The notes below the pieces were generated by a model. That model made no database searches and was not told where the DNA came from. It saw only the letters and a list, made by a program, of their open reading frames with translations. Below, piece after piece: positions 43,949 to 53,249 of a stretch of 64,000 nucleotides of DNA. This DNA is from Sedimentisphaerales bacterium. Lineage in GTDB: Bacteria > Planctomycetota > Phycisphaerae > Sedimentisphaerales > UBA12454. The position numbers and the translations under genes were made by a program. Within the stretch, counting starts at the first letter, position 1; every line of letters begins with the position of its first letter. The DNA is taken from the NCBI GenBank assembly GCA_050014075.1, contig JBEKEA010000001.1, forward strand, positions 53,764 through 117,763, written 5' to 3'.

Positions 43949-45172
43949 TTAAATAAAAAAGGTGTCAGGAACCTTTTTTTCTACTCTTCGCAAAATCGAA
44001 TATGCAGACAGGTTCTGTTCGAGAACGATCCTTTGCGGGTTGTTGATAAATTCAACAGATTCACCATCGATGGTTTTTAAAGGATTCGGCATTGTGATTT
44101 CTGAGATTTCGCCTGCCGGTGTTAAGGTCTCAAGTTTTTCGCCTGCGAAAATTTTGTTTCGCACAAAACAAATACTGCCGGTCTCAACTTTTTCATCAAC
44201 GATATCTCCCACAAAGACGGCTCCTGATTTTGACTGACTTTTTTCATAGCTATAATCATCAGGCGTAATTGAACCTTTGATAAAGCCTGCCGAGTAGCCT
44301 CTATTTTTTACGCGGCTTAAAAGTTTCATACAATCTTCATTACTGATTTTTTTGCCGTCGATTAACTGTCTGTAAAGCGAAACGACAGAAGCGATGTAAT
44401 GCACCGATTTCATTCTGCCTTCGATTTTGAATGAAGAGACGCCCGCCTGTGCAAGAGGCTCGACATATTCAACCAAGGCAAGGTCTTTGGAGTTGAAGAG
44501 GTATTGGCCCCGCTGGTCTTCGAATACAGGAAAAAATTCATCCGGTCTTTTCTCCTCAACAAGAGAATACCCCCATCTGCACGGATGAGTACATTCGCCC
44601 CTGTTTGCTTTCCGGCCGGTGAGGTAGTCGCTGATTGCGCATCTGCCGGAATATGAAAAGCAGACTGCTCCGTGGATAAAGACTTCAAGCTCAACGCCGC
44701 TGTGCTGAGTATCTTTGCAAATTTGTTTTATCTGCGCCAAAGACAGTTCTCTTGCCAGGTTTACCCTTGCCGCTCCGAGTTGTCTATATGCAAGGACGGT
44801 TTGACTGCTTGTGGTGTTTGCCTGGGTGCTGATGTGGATTGGGATTTTTATGCCGGCTTTTTTCAGCTCAAAAATAAGCCCGATATCGGCGATAATCAGG
44901 GCATCGGCTTTGGCGTCCCGGAGATTTCCGGCGATATCGAGCAGTTTGGCGTATTCATCGCTGAACGGATAAATATTTAGAGTAACGTAGCCTTTTTTAC
45001 CGTTTTTATGAAGATAATCGAGGCCTTTGGCGGCATCGTCGAGGGTGAAATTGCCGGCGTAAGCCCTTAAAGAGCCGAAATCTGTGCCGAAATAGACGCT
45101 GTCTGCGCCATATTGGGCGGCCCAAATAAGTTTTCCCAAAGTGCCCGCAGGGGCTGTAAGTTCAGGTTTCAA
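43949..45172 (-). CDS. Peptidase U32 family (TrhP-like tRNA hydroxylation protein)
   Basis: KPELTAPAG, HISTQAN, HGAVCFSYSGRC, NRGECTHPCR, KIEGRMKS; TTG start with AAGGA RBS. Confidence 0.9.
   Translation of the reverse strand: MKPELTAPAGTLGKLIWAAQYGADSVYFGTDFGSLRAYAGNFTLDDAAKGLDYLHKNGKKGYVTLNIYPFSDEYAKLLDIAGNLRDAKADALIIADIGLIFELKKAGIKIPIHISTQANTTSSQTVLAYRQLGAARVNLARELSLAQIKQICKDTQHSGVELEVFIHGAVCFSYSGRCAISDYLTGRKANRGECTHPCRWGYSLVEEKRPDEFFPVFEDQRGQYLFNSKDLALVEYVEPLAQAGVSSFKIEGRMKSVHYIASVVSLYRQLIDGKKISNEDCMKLLSRVKNRGYSAGFIKGSITPDDYSYEKSQSKSGAVFVGDIVDEKVETGSICFVRNKIFAGEKLETLTPAGEISEITMPNPLKTIDGESVEFINNPQRIVLEQNLSAYSILRRVEKKVPDTFFI
43956..43980. repeat. REP-like palindrome AAAAAGGTGTCAGGAACCTTTTT, copy 1
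   Basis: Identical core at 55801 and 62513; variant at 55739. Confidence 0.8.
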
Positions 45173-45321
45173 AAGCAGTTCCTTAATCCTTAACTGACAG
45201 TAAACTACAAGTAATTGGCAGAAAATGGGAGAAAAAAACAAAATTTTTTGTTGAAAATGGGGAATTTTTGCTGATAATGTATGGTTCATTATTTTTATCT
45301 TTAGCAATTTAAGGAGCGTTC

Positions 45322-46056
45322 ATGGGAACAGTACTCAATGCTCTGGTAAAACTACAAAGCGTTGAAAACAGCTTAAGGGCAGCTAAGGCAAAGCTAACGC
45401 GCTGTCGACGAAATGTTATTGTAAAAGAAAACCAACTCCGTACACTTCAAAACTCTCTTCAGGCCAAGCAGGAAGAAATCCAGCTAACGAAAATCCAGGC
45501 GGACAGGTTCGAACTTGAGATAAAAAGTGTGGACCAGACGCTTGCCAAGTACCGCGCGGCTTTGAACGTCGCCAAGAGCAACAAGGAATACGCGGCGATA
45601 CTTACGGAGCTTAATACCACCAAGGCCGACAACAGCAAAATAGAAAACCAGGCTCTTGAACTGATGAAAAATATCGACGCCGACCAGGTTCTGTGCGACC
45701 AGATAAAACAACAGATTGAACTGGCCAAGAACGAGCTTAATGAAATTCGCAAACAGACCGAAGAGCAGGCGAAAAAATTCGAAGGCGAGATAGCAGATAT
45801 CGAACGGCACTGGCAGCAGGCAGCTCGCGATGTGTCGGCCGAGGCGCTGGAAGTTTTCAAACGAGTTGCCGATACTTATGACGGCGAGGCAATCGCGGAA
45901 ATCGAAGTACAGGATAACAGAAGCGGAATTTATACCTGCGGCGGATGCTTTATGTCGCTTACCACAGAGACGGCAAACACTCTGATGAGCCGCGATGAAA
46001 TAATTCGCTGTCCGAACTGCACCCGTATTCTGTATATGAAGGACACGGAGAACTGA
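45322..46056 (+). CDS. Coiled-coil protein with C4 zinc ribbon (zf-RING_7/CT398-like)
   Basis: Long heptad region followed by CGGC...CPNC.RIL. Confidence 0.88.
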   Translation: MGTVLNALVKLQSVENSLRAAKAKLTRCRRNVIVKENQLRTLQNSLQAKQEEIQLTKIQADRFELEIKSVDQTLAKYRAALNVAKSNKEYAAILTELNTTKADNSKIENQALELMKNIDADQVLCDQIKQQIELAKNELNEIRKQTEEQAKKFEGEIADIERHWQQAARDVSAEALEVFKRVADTYDGEAIAEIEVQDNRSGIYTCGGCFMSLTTETANTLMSRDEIIRCPNCTRILYMKDTEN

Positions 46057-46060
46057 AGGT

Positions 46061-47113
46061 TTGGCCGAAACCATAACCATTTACACAGATGGCGGAAGCA
46101 GAGGCAACCCCGGCCCTGCCGCGGGTGGGTTCGTTATCTTCGATTCGGCGGGAAAACAAATCAGCGCAGAAGCGAAATTTCTGCCCAACGCCACGAATAA
46201 TATCGCCGAATACACCGCGCTTTTAACGGCACTGCGAAAAGCAAAATCTCTCGAAGCAAAGAATGTAAAAATCTTCAGCGACAGCGAGCTGATGGTCCGA
46301 CAAATCAACGGCGATTACAAAGTCAAAAACGATAATATCAGGGAGCTTTTCAGCCGGTGTTTCGAGCTGCTCGACGGATTCGAGAATTGGCAGATTAATC
46401 ATATCCCGCGGGAGAAAAATAAAATCGCAGACAAACTCGTGAACCGTTCAATCGACGCAGCAGGCGATATCGAACAGAAACAGCAAAAAGAAAAAACAAA
46501 ACATTTGCGGCTGGGGCTTCTTATCAGCGGCTCGGGCAGAACAATGATTAATATTAATGAGCTGATAAAACAAAAACAGTTAAACGCAGAGATTGTGGCC
46601 GTTATATCGTCGAGGTCCGAGACGGCGGGAGTCGAAAAGGCAATGGCGGCGAAATTGCCGCTGGAGATAATCAGGAAAAAAGATTATCCGGATATCGATG
46701 GCTTCAGCAAACAAATAAGCAAAGTGCTTCTTGCGGCGAAGGTTGACCTTGTTTTGCAGGCGGGCTGGCTGTGTCTTTGGAAAATCCCTGAGGGACTGGA
46801 AAATCGAGTAATGAATATTCATCCTGCGCTTTTGCCGGCATTCGGCGGACAGGGAATGTGGGGACATTTCGTGCACGAGGCGGTTTTAAAAGCGGGTTGC
46901 AAAGTAAGCGGCTGCACGGTACACTTTTGCACAAACGAATACGACAAAGGACCGATTATTGTCCAGCGAACCTGCACGGTTATGAATGACGATACGCCGG
47001 ATAGTTTGGCGGCAAGAGTATTCGAGCAGGAATGTATCGCATATCCTGAAGCAATAAGGCTTTTCGCAGCAGATAAACTGGTTGTCAAAGGCAACCGGGT
47101 TCTGATAAAATAA
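46061..47113 (+). CDS. purN: RNase HI-PurN (GAR transformylase) fusion
   Basis: N-terminal YTDGGSRGNPGP, TNNIAEY, SDSEL, NKIADKL; C-terminal LISGSG, NIHPALLP.FGG, GCTVH, DKGPII. Confidence 0.9.
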   Translation: MAETITIYTDGGSRGNPGPAAGGFVIFDSAGKQISAEAKFLPNATNNIAEYTALLTALRKAKSLEAKNVKIFSDSELMVRQINGDYKVKNDNIRELFSRCFELLDGFENWQINHIPREKNKIADKLVNRSIDAAGDIEQKQQKEKTKHLRLGLLISGSGRTMININELIKQKQLNAEIVAVISSRSETAGVEKAMAAKLPLEIIRKKDYPDIDGFSKQISKVLLAAKVDLVLQAGWLCLWKIPEGLENRVMNIHPALLPAFGGQGMWGHFVHEAVLKAGCKVSGCTVHFCTNEYDKGPIIVQRTCTVMNDDTPDSLAARVFEQECIAYPEAIRLFAADKLVVKGNRVLIK

Positions 47114-47129
47114 AAAATATTTTAAGGGA

Positions 47130-47621
47130 ATGTTGTCTTTGAATCGCAAACAGAAAAAACTTTTAGCAAATGTTGTAATAGTTGTGGCTTTTACTACAGC
47201 TATGGTTGTAGGCTTTGCAAATATAAAGAATGTCATCAACCGCTCTGAAGCAACAAGGGCTATAGGAATTTTGGGCAAAGAAATTCTGCAGTATCGTCAA
47301 AAATACGGCTCTCTTCCGCCGGAAACGTATGTAAAACAGTATGAAGAAGCAATAGGCGCTGTGCGGCTTTCGGATTTACAATATCGGGCGCAATGGATTG
47401 AATACGGTGCAGACCCCAATACAACTATTCTTGCCTATTCTGAAAAAAATTATAGGGGATTCGTAAAGGGAGGATATCTCGTGCTGTGGCTTAACGGTAA
47501 GGTTGAATGGATTAGCAACAAAAAGCAATTCGAAAAAATACTTGCCGCACAGCAGCAACAGCAGGAACTTCAATGGCTGCAGGAGCATCTGCAAAAAAAC
47601 AAAGATAACCTTTTGCAATAA
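47130..47621 (+). CDS. Hypothetical protein with N-terminal TM (pseudopilin-like layout)
   Basis: Single TM helix, YRQKYGSLP segment, VLWLNGKVEW reminiscent of planctomycete H-X9-DG tails. Confidence 0.65.
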   Translation: MLSLNRKQKKLLANVVIVVAFTTAMVVGFANIKNVINRSEATRAIGILGKEILQYRQKYGSLPPETYVKQYEEAIGAVRLSDLQYRAQWIEYGADPNTTILAYSEKNYRGFVKGGYLVLWLNGKVEWISNKKQFEKILAAQQQQQELQWLQEHLQKNKDNLLQ

Positions 47622-47645
47622 AACTACCGGCCGGCGGCAGTGTAC

Positions 47646-49076
47646 TTACTCAAGATAAATTACATCCCCTGATTTGATTGGCGGGATTTTAGCTTTCTTT
47701 TTCGCTATATCTTCTTTGCATATCGCAAAGGACGGAGCAATTTCGATTTTGCAGCCTGCTGAACCGTTGGATTTCCTTGGAATTTTTACTCCCGCCTCTC
47801 GGAGCCAGTTGGCCGCACAGGCAATCATCATCCGCTTTGTAACCTTAGGATTGTCTGCACCGCTTTTGTCCTTCACAGGCGCAAATTCCTGGCTTCGAAT
47901 CGTCTCAAGAATAATTGATTTTTTCGCAAGCGGCAAGGCATCAAAAACAAAAGTTTCAAGTTTTATACCGTTTTCTTTTTTCGGCTTTATAATTCGGCCG
48001 TTTTGTAAATTAACATAAGAAATTTTCTTGATTGCCCTGTGGTAAGGCAGCGCAAAACCTTTGACATTAATACGCTCAACAAAATTGCGGCTGATAATAT
48101 GAATCGCAGTACTGCCGAGCGAAAAAACAAGCGAACTATCGGCGTTTTTCTTAACCGCAAGCTTTTTAGGCAAATCGCTGTATTCGATTACCGTTACTTT
48201 GCCGTCAACCAGACAGAAGTTGCCGACCTTTTCGAACTGCTGTGCTTTTGTCAGAGCCTTTGAGGACATTTCGGCTTTGTCCATCGCGTGCAGACCAATA
48301 AAAAGCGGGTCAAAAATATTTATCAGAGGATTGTCCACCTGGAAATAGCTGATGTATTCTATGCCGGTCTTTTTCATATCCGCAATAGCGCCGCTTTTAT
48401 AAAGAGCCTTTAAGCTTCCTCCGTGGCCGTCGGGGGAATTTGCCAGTGTATCTTTTTGGTCAAGCAGGATTTTACCGTCGGTTGAAAAGTTTACTTCAGT
48501 ACCCTGCTGAAAAATAAATATATCTTTGGCTTTAAGCCCGTAAAAATTGTTATCTTTGAAAATTTTGCGGGTTTGCTCAAAGTTCAGGGGACTTGTCATT
48601 ATGTACCATTTCGGCTTAAAGCCGTATTTAATGCCCGCTGCTTTTATCATTTCGGCAAAAAGCTGAAACAAAGTTTTGTTTTTGACGGGACTGACAGAAA
48701 AATCGCCTTTGGGTCCGTCAAAGCCAAGCCGAGTGCCCTGACCGCCTGCGACAATAAAGGCCGCGACTTTACCTTTTGATATCAGATTTGCGCCGAGTTG
48801 TTTCGCTTTTTCGTATTTCTTTTTTTGCTCTGCGTTTTTTGGCAAAGCAGGATAAACGCCGGCAGGCTTAATTTTAGCAGGCAATTTCACGGGGGATGGA
48901 TTTTTAACGTAATGGCTGATTTTTTCATCGAGAGATTTAAAATTCAGCTCTTCAATCTGTTTTAAAAGTTTATCCTGAACATTTTTGTCAAGCCGGTTAT
49001 AGAAAGTCAAAAGATGCTGCTGATTATATTTTTGCAGTAACTGACTGCATTTTTTATATCTCTTTTCAAGTTCCAT
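47646..49076 (-). CDS. UDP-N-acetylhexosamine pyrophosphorylase (UDPGP type 1/UAP-like)
   Basis: AGGQGTRLGFDGPKG, PDGHGG, QVDN, IEYSD, KLETFVFD, EFAPVK. Confidence 0.92.
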   Translation of the reverse strand: MELEKRYKKCSQLLQKYNQQHLLTFYNRLDKNVQDKLLKQIEELNFKSLDEKISHYVKNPSPVKLPAKIKPAGVYPALPKNAEQKKKYEKAKQLGANLISKGKVAAFIVAGGQGTRLGFDGPKGDFSVSPVKNKTLFQLFAEMIKAAGIKYGFKPKWYIMTSPLNFEQTRKIFKDNNFYGLKAKDIFIFQQGTEVNFSTDGKILLDQKDTLANSPDGHGGSLKALYKSGAIADMKKTGIEYISYFQVDNPLINIFDPLFIGLHAMDKAEMSSKALTKAQQFEKVGNFCLVDGKVTVIEYSDLPKKLAVKKNADSSLVFSLGSTAIHIISRNFVERINVKGFALPYHRAIKKISYVNLQNGRIIKPKKENGIKLETFVFDALPLAKKSIILETIRSQEFAPVKDKSGADNPKVTKRMMIACAANWLREAGVKIPRKSNGSAGCKIEIAPSFAICKEDIAKKKAKIPPIKSGDVIYLE

Positions 49077-49086
49077 TTGTTGTCCT

Positions 49087-51555
49087 TCAGACTGATGCTT
49101 TTCTGTTTTTGGCGCAGAACTGGCCCATAAGTTTCATCGCTTCGGTAAGTTTTTCACTTGAGCCGTCATTATTCGCGAACGCCTCGACGAGTGTTACAAG
49201 TTCCGGGTCCGCAGGCACTATGCCGAGATGATGCGAAACATTTACTATCCCGGCGTCAAGGCCGTAACGCATCGCCACTTCGACATAGGCACGGGTAACG
49301 CCGATTTTCCTGGCCGGCAGGTCGCGGACGCTATTCGTAACACCAAGCGAGAAATGACACTTCTTTAGCAGGGGGTCGGTCTTTATGCGTTTTATGGTAT
49401 TAAACGTTCTGTAAGTATAGCTCGGCACGCCGGGCATCATCGGCATATCTATCGCAAGCGGGAAAACCGTCGAGTCGAAAAATATTTCTTCGGGCGCAAA
49501 ATCATATTTGTTTATCGCTGCATCGTAAATTGTTTTTGCCAGGCTGAAAAGGTCGTCGATACTGTCGGTCCTGCCCGGTTCTGTGACTTTGGCGGTGCCT
49601 CCGCTGATAAGCAGGCCGATAAATTTAAAATCGAAATGCTTTTTGAGCGGCATTATATTTTCGATAGTGTAGGTTTTAATCGAGTTAATCAAAAGCGGCG
49701 CGACTTTTTCACTCGTGTTGAACCATTCCTTCATGCCCGCGATAAGGACATTATCATCACTGCTATCGATACAAATCGGCACGCCTCTGCCAAACTTTCG
49801 CACGAGTCTGACATATTCTATTATGAGTTTGACTGCCAGTGCCGGGCCGGATTCGCCGAACTGGTCGATATTGACCGCGATATAGTCTGCGCCGTCGGCA
49901 GCCTGCGACTCAATCAGGGCCTTTATGTAATTCAACTGGGGGCTGATGCGGGTAAAAGCATCATCGCCGAGTTCGAGCAACTGTTTCATTATTTGGCCGG
50001 TTTTAGGAATCGAAGCGTGCACAAGCTCTCCGACTGAGATAAGCGGGCTGCGCTGGGTGTGGTCTCTGCCGAAAAGATAATTCAGAATCGAGGATGTATG
50101 CTCAAGTGCGGAATTTCTGGGTTTGTTGATAATTTTTCGCAATTCCTTTAGCCCTTTTTCCTTGGCAGCGGCAGCCTGGTAAATCCTGTCTCCGATGCAG
50201 ACCCTGTCAAGATTATTTCCGCATTTGCCTTCGGCGGTCGAATCGCCGCAGGGAGCGTTGTCCATTCCTTTTTCACATCCGCCGATTGTGCACAGGCTGA
50301 AATTTTCAGGAAGGAAGCAGTCGCCGCATTCCTCGCAATCAAACAGCGGATATTTAGTTGATTTTTCTAATGTGTTAAAACTTTTATAGACAAAGCCCTT
50401 GTTTTTATCAGCGCCGAGAAATTTCATTGTCTTTTTAAACCAGCCAAAGCCCTTGTGCTTGGGGTCAAGAACGGCAGCGTGCATAACGTCGAAGAAACTA
50501 TGCTTAAATGTCTTCTCAAAAGCGGAAAGTTTCGTTCTTTTGCCTGCATCATCATAAAGATAAAAAGCTTTTTTCGCCGGCCAGCAAAGATTGTCCTTAA
50601 ATTGCTGCCAGTTTTCACCGATTTCGGTGGCGCGTTTTAGAATTTTAATAAACGTTTCATAATCAGGCACTCCGCCGACATCGGCACCTGCGGCGCCGAT
50701 TGATTTATACATCGCAATCTGCTGAGCGGCGCGTTCAATATGGTCGCTGACGCTTTCGGAATAAACTTTTTCAAGAAGCTCATCGCTGACAAAACAGCCC
50801 GGCAGTTTAATATCGTGCATCAGCCGGGGAGCGGGAGTAATTGTGCTTAATAAATATACGTTTCCAATTACAGGTATATCAAGATTTGTCTCTTTCAGAT
50901 AGCGCACAAGTTCAAGACTCTTTTTCCAATCCCAGCCGACCTGCGTAATCAGGAATTTTGCTCCGCAGGCGATTTTCTTCTCCATCTTAAAATACTGCTG
51001 CACCTGGGATTCTTCGTTATATTTAAACGGCGAAACGGCGGCTCCGGGGAAAAACTGTTTGACGGCAGCAAGCTCCTGGGCCTTTGCCGACATATAGGCC
51101 TCGTTGTTCAGGCGGTTTACCATCGCAAGCAGATTCACCGATTCAAGCTCAAAAACTCCTTTTGCGGAAACCGGCTTATCGCCCGTAAGAGCAAGAAAAC
51201 TTTCAACGCCTGCCGATTTATGTGCCGCCAGAAGACTGATGATTGCGTCTCTGTTCATATCCTTGCAGCTAACGTGAGGGATAAAATCAAGTCCGCCGAG
51301 TAGATTTTTGCTTACGACGTAACGGTGGGCTTCTGCCGGCTCGATATTCGCCACGCCGCCGGGGCTTTGCGGGCTTGTGATACCGACAAAGTTAAATCCA
51401 GCCGGTATATCTTTGCCGCCGCTACTGTTAAAAGCCGTAAGAAATTTCTGAATCGGTGCAAAGCTGAAGTTTGGCCCGCCGGTCAGTTCGGCCACGATAA
51501 CGAAACTATCTCTTTTTTGCAGTGCCTGACTAAGTCTTTTGCCTGTCATATCCAT
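49087..51555 (-). CDS. Methylenetetrahydrofolate reductase (MetF) fused to a MetV-like Cys-rich domain and a pterin-binding methyltransferase domain
   Basis: HVSCKDMNR, LALTGD, KIACGAKFLITQ; CEECGDC...C...CEKGMDNAPCG...C; IDSS, INS, FFD..VFPL, LGVTN. Confidence 0.82.
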   Translation of the reverse strand: MDMTGKRLSQALQKRDSFVIVAELTGGPNFSFAPIQKFLTAFNSSGGKDIPAGFNFVGITSPQSPGGVANIEPAEAHRYVVSKNLLGGLDFIPHVSCKDMNRDAIISLLAAHKSAGVESFLALTGDKPVSAKGVFELESVNLLAMVNRLNNEAYMSAKAQELAAVKQFFPGAAVSPFKYNEESQVQQYFKMEKKIACGAKFLITQVGWDWKKSLELVRYLKETNLDIPVIGNVYLLSTITPAPRLMHDIKLPGCFVSDELLEKVYSESVSDHIERAAQQIAMYKSIGAAGADVGGVPDYETFIKILKRATEIGENWQQFKDNLCWPAKKAFYLYDDAGKRTKLSAFEKTFKHSFFDVMHAAVLDPKHKGFGWFKKTMKFLGADKNKGFVYKSFNTLEKSTKYPLFDCEECGDCFLPENFSLCTIGGCEKGMDNAPCGDSTAEGKCGNNLDRVCIGDRIYQAAAAKEKGLKELRKIINKPRNSALEHTSSILNYLFGRDHTQRSPLISVGELVHASIPKTGQIMKQLLELGDDAFTRISPQLNYIKALIESQAADGADYIAVNIDQFGESGPALAVKLIIEYVRLVRKFGRGVPICIDSSDDNVLIAGMKEWFNTSEKVAPLLINSIKTYTIENIMPLKKHFDFKFIGLLISGGTAKVTEPGRTDSIDDLFSLAKTIYDAAINKYDFAPEEIFFDSTVFPLAIDMPMMPGVPSYTYRTFNTIKRIKTDPLLKKCHFSLGVTNSVRDLPARKIGVTRAYVEVAMRYGLDAGIVNVSHHLGIVPADPELVTLVEAFANNDGSSEKLTEAMKLMGQFCAKNRKASV

Positions 51556-51659
51556 TATTCACATCCTTATAACTAATTTGATACCGGCAAGGCCGATATC
51601 CTGTTCATTTACATCCAACGATACTATAATAATTTTACGCAAAACGGCCATATATAAAT

Positions 51660-52090
51660 ACAAGGCTTTTTTAACACAATCCTGCTGATATAAAAACTGC
51701 TATTAAAGAAAAATTTAGTCTTTTATCCTGTGGATAAAGTGTTGATAACACAACCGTATTGTTAAAATAAACACTTTGCACAATTAAGAGAAGATAATGC
51801 AAATATCTGTCATTCCCGACCGAACAAAAAAACTATTATTAAACCCACAATTAAAAGCTCATAAGTGCTTGTGTTATAATAAGTTAAAATAACAAAAATA
51901 GGGACAATAAACGATAATACGTCTATAGTAAATTTTTAATAATAAATTTGGTTCAAATTCTATGCCAAAAAACAAAAATCTATTATTTTGGTAATTAAGT
52001 GGAAAACTGTTTATTTTGAATTCAGTTATAGCCCGTTTTAAATAAAGAACTTATATTCGGACCTAAAATAATAAAATTATTTTTTCACAT
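51660..52090. promoter_or_regulatory. AT-rich intergenic region with DnaA boxes
   Basis: Perfect TGTGGATAA at 51729-51737; one-mismatch boxes near 51670, 51740, 51774 and 51999. Confidence 0.4.
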
Positions 52091-53129
52091 ATTTAAGGAT
52101 TTTTTCTTTCAGTTTTTTGCATATATCGGCGGGATTTTTTGCTTTACAGACACAGGATGAGACAGCGATTCTCGTTGCGCCTGCCTGAAGAACTTTTTCT
52201 ACATTTTCCGGAGTGATGCCGCCGATAGCAATCATTTCGATGTGTTTGTTCTTAAGTCTTTTCAATACTCCAGATACATACTTCAGACCCGAAACTTTCG
52301 CTTGGGGTTTGGTTGGTGTCGCAAAAACTGCTCCTGCCCCGACATAATGAGGCCCCTGTTTAACTGCTTTATCTAGTTCACCAGTCGAATGCGTGCTGAC
52401 ACCAATAATTAGTGGTCTAAGCTGGCATTTTATAACAACTTGGGCAGACAAGTCTTGTTGGCCAAGATGAACGCCATCGGCATCGACAGCGACCGCAATG
52501 TCAATCCTGTCATTGATTATGCTGATGACATCTTTTTGTTTACATAAATCAACAAACCTGCGGCCAAGAGACAACAACTGGTCATCAGGGATATTTTTGG
52601 CTCTTAATTGCAGGCAATCGGCGCCTCCTGCCGCACAACCCTTAGCAATTTTAAGAACATCGATGCCATCTTCTACAGTGATAATGCAGTAAAGCCTTGT
52701 CTTTTTGAATCTTAAGGCAGGATAACCCTGTAAAGAAATATCTTTTTCAAGAATGTAGCAGTCATATCTGAGTTTTTCGAACTCGGCTGATATTTTATTA
52801 TCGACAGCACAAGCCGATTCGGCAAGGGTTCTCAGCGCTTCGGTAGTCCTTGCAAAACCGGCAGTTACGCAATCCTCGAAGTTTTGCCGTTTCATCTGCC
52901 CTGCCACCCGCATCCGGCAGCCGATATCATTTTCGGTATCGCGTGCGGCGATAAGTTTTTGCATACCAAATTTCGTTACGGCGGCAGTCAGCCTGTGACG
53001 AAGAGCCTTGCATCGGCCGGACAACTGTTCATTATCGAGTGCAAATCTGCAGAATTCCTCCGCTATCCGCAACCCTTCGCGCCCGCGGTTAAAATTGGCA
53101 TCTATAATTCTGTAAATCGCATGCTCCAT
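52077..53129 (-). CDS. thiE: Thiamine-phosphate synthase with N-terminal helical extension
   Basis: RIIDANFNRGREGLR N-domain; QLRAK, INDRID, GVHLGQ, STHS, TPTK, AIGGI. Confidence 0.93.
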   Translation of the reverse strand: MEHAIYRIIDANFNRGREGLRIAEEFCRFALDNEQLSGRCKALRHRLTAAVTKFGMQKLIAARDTENDIGCRMRVAGQMKRQNFEDCVTAGFARTTEALRTLAESACAVDNKISAEFEKLRYDCYILEKDISLQGYPALRFKKTRLYCIITVEDGIDVLKIAKGCAAGGADCLQLRAKNIPDDQLLSLGRRFVDLCKQKDVISIINDRIDIAVAVDADGVHLGQQDLSAQVVIKCQLRPLIIGVSTHSTGELDKAVKQGPHYVGAGAVFATPTKPQAKVSGLKYVSGVLKRLKNKHIEMIAIGGITPENVEKVLQAGATRIAVSSCVCKAKNPADICKKLKEKILKYVKK

Positions 53130-53249
53130 AATTAGACAAATCTAAATGCCATTTCTCTTGAGCACAAGTGAAAATTTGTTATTTGACTTGTCGTTTATTA
53201 TCGTTATAAGTGGTTTTTCAATGTTTTTGTCAAAATAGGATACATAGTA

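Noticed and set aside
45173-45307. N-terminal extensions in the ORF track (U32, rplA, rpmG, acpS, pfkA, Rrf2)
   Set aside because: Downstream starts match family N-termini, in most cases with a better RBS.
53130-53249. TPP riboswitch upstream of thiE (also SAM upstream of metF, T-box upstream of pheT)
   Set aside because: No hallmark sequences were found by eye.
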